Source: Vicugna vicugna
Lineage: Eukaryota
Direction: 5' to 3'
Assembly: GCA_013265495.1 (NCBI GenBank)
Contig: MU062380.1
Span: 3,411,540-3,475,539 of the forward strand
Length of the DNA stretch: 64,000 nt
Part shown: positions 59,291 through 64,000 of the stretch, one piece after another
How the letters are laid out: every line of letters begins with the position of its first letter
Position numbering within the stretch: the first letter of the stretch is position 1
Translations under genes and position numbers: made by a program
Notes under the pieces: model-generated
Seen by the model: only the letters and a program-made list of their open reading frames with translations
The model's database searches: none
What the model was told of the DNA's origin: nothing

Positions 59291-60897
59291 GCTAAGTGGA
59301 TATTGTGGTACTGCCTATGGAAGGCAGAAAATGACTGAAGATGAGGTTGGTACATTCCTTGGAGAAGGTGGTAGCTGCCACCAGGAGGTCTCATGGGTGG
59401 TATCTCCTTGAGCAACTGACTACTTTCCAAATTCCAGTATTTATCCTCATCAGGTTCTCAGAAGTTTTCAGAATCCAGGGTCACGTGAATCACTCAGATC
59501 CATGAGGTTACTCATGGTCAATGTACAAATTTACAGTGGGAGGCATTTCTTCCCAGGGACCACAAAGCTTATGTCCACTGTCCAAAGCAGCCATTCCCAG
59601 GATCAGAATGAACACAGATGCTGAGCAAAGGCACACATGGTGCTGAAGAGACATCAGAAGGGGCACTCCTGCCCCACAGCAATTGCAAAAGGCAGGGTCC
59701 GTCCTCTGCACAGAGCTTGGGTATGTACTGCCAGGTTAAGATGCCTTCGGTTTCCTGTAGCCCAAGATGACCACTTCCCCTTCTGCCCAGACCCTCACCC
59801 ACCTTCACACAGTCTACCCCCGGGCAATATTCATTTCAATTCAATTGAGTAAATATCTTCTGCAAAATGACATTCACATTCTGGGCCTGCCTTCCTCTGA
59901 TTACACCCGAATTGCTTGCCTTGATTTGAGTTTTGCGAGGTCCGCACATTTCAGGCAGTCTCTTGCTTTACTCCCACAGGTGACTAATCACATCCATTGT
60001 CTGTGAATTTTACTAGTTCAACTTAGAATGTGACCTTATGTCCCTGATCTTCAAATTCATAGAGAGGGAGACTTCCCACTGTTGCTTCCATATCCTGCCA
60101 AAACTTATGTCAAAAATGAAGACTAAGACTGTCACAGCCTCTTTCCCTGCTCTGCCCCAGTCCCTATAGCTAGAACAATTTGCCTGATTCTTATCTTAAT
60201 TTGATAAAGAATATTCCTGCCTCACTCCAGCTCCTCATTGACTCCCCTCCACCCACCCTGGGTGGCAAAAGTTTCAGCACAGATCAAGCTAGAGATTACC
60301 TAAATTGTGACAATAACTGATTATGGTTCAGAATAGATAACAGGGGCATCATGGTGTTTGGTTTTTGGGGGTTTTGTTTGTTGTTTATTATTTTTGAATA
60401 TACAATGACTTCCACTCACATAGATTGGTTAGAGATGGAGTGATTAACTGAGTAATCTAGTTAATTAAGAGAGAGTATATATAACATAAGTGAACAATGA
60501 TTTTTCAAAGAATTATTCATGAAATACAGTAAATTCAAAATGTATATTAATTATAGTTGAGTTGTTTTTTTCATGGTTCAGAAGAGAAGAGTTCAGGGAA
60601 GTATACTTGACCCCGGCACCTATCATTATTACATTATAGGCTGAAATAATGTTTCCTCAAGCTTTTCATCCCAATCACTCAAAGCCTCTCAGTCCTCATC
60701 AGTGTTCACTGTGCTCTTTGACTTCCCAGAATTGAAACTTTCACTATGATTTCTGCATCAGTAAGAAGCAGTCACTTTAACCTCCTTGTAGCTTCAGCTC
60801 ACTCTTGTATCACTTCCATTAGCTTTTCTGATTGAGTATGAAGAAGCTTCCCTCACCAAATTAAGAATTCATGTCAGTATATTTCTGTAAGGCTTTA

Positions 60898-61025
60898 TTT
60901 TGTGTGCTGGGGGTAGGGGTGGGATTAGGTTGATTTATATATTTATTTAATGCAGATACTGGGAATTAAACCCAGAACCTCATGCATGCTAAGCACTCAC
61001 TCCACCACTGAGCTATAACCTTCCC
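60898..61025 (-). mobile_element. Young camelid-type (Vic-1-like) SINE
   Basis: Antisense head tactgggaattaaacccagaacctcatgcatgctaagc...ctgagctata. Perfect 13-bp TSD ctgtaaggcttta (60885-60897 / 61026-61038). Confidence 0.9.
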
Positions 61026-61169
61026 CTGTAAGGCTTTAATTTAATGCCATCCATTCTTCTTCATTAGAAGAAGATACAGTAAATATAGCACAAGTTCATA
61101 GCTTTCTCCAAGAACATTTAAATATTGAATGAACACTAAAGTGAAATTTAAGTGTGATATTTTAAATTG

Positions 61170-61830
61170 TACATCATTTATTCATTTATTTAATTATTCA
61201 GTACATGAACATTTATTAAACATCCATCATGTGACAGACACTGGCTTTGGAGATACTAAGATAGCAAGTCATGGTCCCAGTTCTCAAGGAGCTCATAGTT
61301 TAAAAGAGGAGAGACATATATAAAAATACATCTTCACCTCAGTGTAATGGGTACTACTGTGGAGGTTTGCTGATGCTCACTTGTGGCACAAAGGAACTAA
61401 ATGATCAACTCTGCCTAAAGAAGAGGGCTACCGATGGTTCACAGAGGAAGATGCTTATAATGAATTTTGAAGGAGAGGTAGAAATTTCCCCACCAGATAC
61501 AACAAACAGGGACATTTCAGAGAGATGGAAGAGGATGTGCTAATGTAAAGGGGCAAGTAACAGTAATTGCTACTTTTTCCCAATAGCTGGGAACTAGAAG
61601 CGGTTTGATGGTACTGGTGCCTAAGATAAGACCTTACAGGAGATGGGGCTGGAAGGGCTAGATCCGAAATGGTACTGAATTCCTTGATAGAGAGTTTGGA
61701 TTTCATTCATTTGGCAGTGGGCAATAATTGGGTGCTAAATGGGGAAGTGATTTGATCATATCTGTAGGAAAGACCATGATAGATTCCATGTGGATGAATA
61801 TTTGGTAAGACCAGAGGTAAGGAGTGAAGT
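61170..61830 (-). mobile_element. L2 fragment
   Basis: ttattcatttatttaattattc...catttattaaacatcc...ttctcaaggagctcatagttt. Confidence 0.65.
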
Positions 61831-61879
61831 AGAAATAGTTGGCTGACCACTGAAGATTCTTGATGCTGGAAAGCATTTG

Positions 61880-62225
61880 CTCCATGAGGGTCAACATTTC
61901 CTAGATCTCTCCAAGTGGAGCCATGTGACTAGTTCTGACTAAACCAATGTGAGTAAAAGTGTGTAGGGCATTCTGAGCCAAGGTGGTTAAGTAGACCTAC
62001 CTCATGCTGCCTTCCCTTCCATAGCAGCTCTGGAGGCCTCATGTTGAAGATGGTTGTGTCACAAGATGGAAGGAACCTGGATTCCTGAGTCAGAGAATAG
62101 GTGCCCAGGAGAGCCAAGAACACCTATATTGAACTTTGCATAAGTAAAATAATAATCTGTGTGTGTGTTAGGCCTCAGAGATCTAAATATTGTTGAAACT
62201 GTTAGATTACCCTGACAAATGCAGG
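61880..62225 (+). mobile_element. MaLR LTR (MLT1H/I/J-like)
   Basis: catgtgactagttctg...catgttgaagatgg...caagatggaaggaacctggattcctgagtc. Confidence 0.7.
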
Positions 62226-62864
62226 AGGAGTGTTAGGAGATGTTTACAATATTGGAGATAAGACATAGGCTTTCTATATTACATCCTGAGGTATAGGAGC
62301 CCTCGAAGAAGGTAAGTGGAAGATGGAAGAAAGAGGGATAATTATTTATGGATAGTATTGAGAAGTCAGAAGGAGATGGGATCCAGAGCATAGGAAACAT
62401 TAGCTCCCTCAACAGAAGGAGGGAAGAAGGGATGTCTCTTTATTTAAAACAGAAGGGAAGACACATCTATAGGTGAGTAGTAAGAATCTACCTAGTAGCT
62501 ACATTTTCTCTTAGACATAGGAGGTGAAGACATCTGCTGAGAGAGTGAGAGGACAGCAGTAAAGGTCCAAGTCAAATGTTTATTAGTATTCATTTCTCTG
62601 AAGAACAGGAGAGAGCTATGCAGAGATATTTAACAAGTGAAAGGCTGCCAGCACATGGTAGCATATAGTTGGATGAGTTTTCTCCAGCCAAGCTCATCAT
62701 TCTGGGAATAGATAGCGGAAAGATGGATTTTAAGATTGATCTAAGATTAAAGGATTGCAGAGTAGGTGCAGTGGAAGAACAAAAGAATGGTGGAATTGGC
62801 TCAATAAGTTACAATAGGCTTAACTACTGTAATCAGGGACCCAACAATAATTCAGTGGCTCTGA

Positions 62865-64000
62865 CAAGATAGAATTTTTTCAATTCTGGTACTGTGGAGT
62901 ATTCCACACATTCTACAATGAATGCAGCTAAAAAACCTGGACAGAATGTATGGAGCAGCTTTTTGAGGACTCTGAAAGTTAAATAGTAGTTGGTGGTTGG
63001 TGAAGAGGACTAAAATTCGAAGTACCATCAAACCTGTGGTGAGTTTGTCATCTTTTTCCTCCAGTAAGGAGCATAAAACCTGAATGTGGGCATCTGCACA
63101 GAGGGAGCTCCAGAAGTCCTATAGCTCTGGCTCAAAGAGCAGGAAGGATCTCCCAATGCTGAAAGAGTAGAGGAACACTCCCCATTTTTTTTCTTTTCTC
63201 CATTCTCTCACACCCTAACTCCTAAGAAATCCCATGATGGCAGTGGGATGGGCATCAACTGTAGTGACAATGGGGCTGCAGGATGCTAAAATGCTAAGGA
63301 AGAGGAACTTTTCTCTCTGATCAGAGGAGCTGTGTTTAGCTGTGTGGGACAGACTCTTGTTGCTTTTTGTCTTCTCTCTGTCCTCCTGCTGGTTGGTCCT
63401 GGACATCAATGTAATTGCAAAATGTACACATCATAGTGAATAAACATAGCTCCAACATTCTGGTTGTAATCAGAAAGTACTGAAGAGATTACCACAGAAA
63501 GGAGATTGGAAAAGCAGCCCTGTAAACTTGCTTATGAATTCCTGGGCCCACTTCCAAGTGTCCATGCCCATGCCCATGCTGACCCTAAACAGCTTGCGAG
63601 TTTAAGAACTGAACTACAGGATAGATCACTGCCAAGGTTCCAAACTAACCACTGGTTGGTGCACATGCAAGACAGATCTGAATAGCACTGAGAGGGTTTT
63701 GAAATCAGCCATCACACTGAAACCACAGAAAACTGGCTTGGAACTTGTACCTGAACCTAACTGGGTTGATTATATGTTAATATAAAACAAATACCCAGAA
63801 TCCCATAATATCATATTCAAAGTGTCCAGGATAAAATCTAAAAGTAATCAGTATGTGAAGAACCAGGAAAATCTCAACTTTGCATGGTAAAAAGACGATT
63901 AATGGGTGGCAATGCCAAGATGACATGCATGTGAGGAATTATCTGGTAAAGATTACAAGTAGCTATTATAAAAGTGCTCGAAAAAGTAAGGGCATGCACT
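62865..64000 (+). mobile_element. Old L1 (L1MC/MD-like) 5' region running off the window
   Basis: ctggacagaatgtatggagcagc...; ataatatcatattcaaagtgtccaggata...tgtgaagaaccaggaaaatctcaac resembles L1M 5'-end/ORF1 sequence. Confidence 0.55.

Noticed and set aside
59378-59389. CTCF-like CCACCAGGAGGT
   Set aside because: Two mismatches in the core and no local CpG retention.
59500-59810. Possible Ig- or butyrophilin-like pseudogene fragment
   Set aside because: The provided ORF translations show no convincing domain motif or splice structure.

Overview
Mammalian (eutherian) genomic DNA, not prokaryotic. A tRNA-derived SINE of the camelid Vic-1 type occurs four times, and I see no Alu, Bov-tA/BovB, PRE-1 or Can-SINE, so a camelid (camel, alpaca or llama) is the likely source; this is inference. 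Two protein-coding genes face each other tail-to-tail. The last five coding exons (10-14) of HGD (homogentisate 1,2-dioxygenase) lie on + at 177-12139, with canonical GT-AG sites and exon sizes of 125/105/127/182/150 nt. The complete three-exon NDUFB4 gene (complex I accessory subunit B15, 129 aa) lies on - at 25070-30654, with a CpG-island promoter. The rest is intron or intergenic sequence rich in transposon relics (MIR, L2, L1, CR1, hAT MITEs, ERVL/MaLR LTRs, two young solo LTRs, young SINEs), plus four N-gaps inside L1 copies. The 33 kb upstream of NDUFB4 has no recognisable coding exon; by human synteny it runs towards FSTL1. Nearly all ORF-track entries are chance ORFs or L1 remnants. 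I found no CRISPR array, rRNA, true tRNA gene or new multi-gene system. The best leads are a Thr367Pro change beside the HGD iron site, a CpG-rich solo LTR pointing antisense at HGD, a MER53 (miR-1302-like) hairpin just past the HGD poly(A) site, a candidate alternative last exon in NDUFB4, and three CTCF-like motifs. Repeat family names come from recalled consensus similarity, not a database search, and boundaries are approximate unless a TSD is given.
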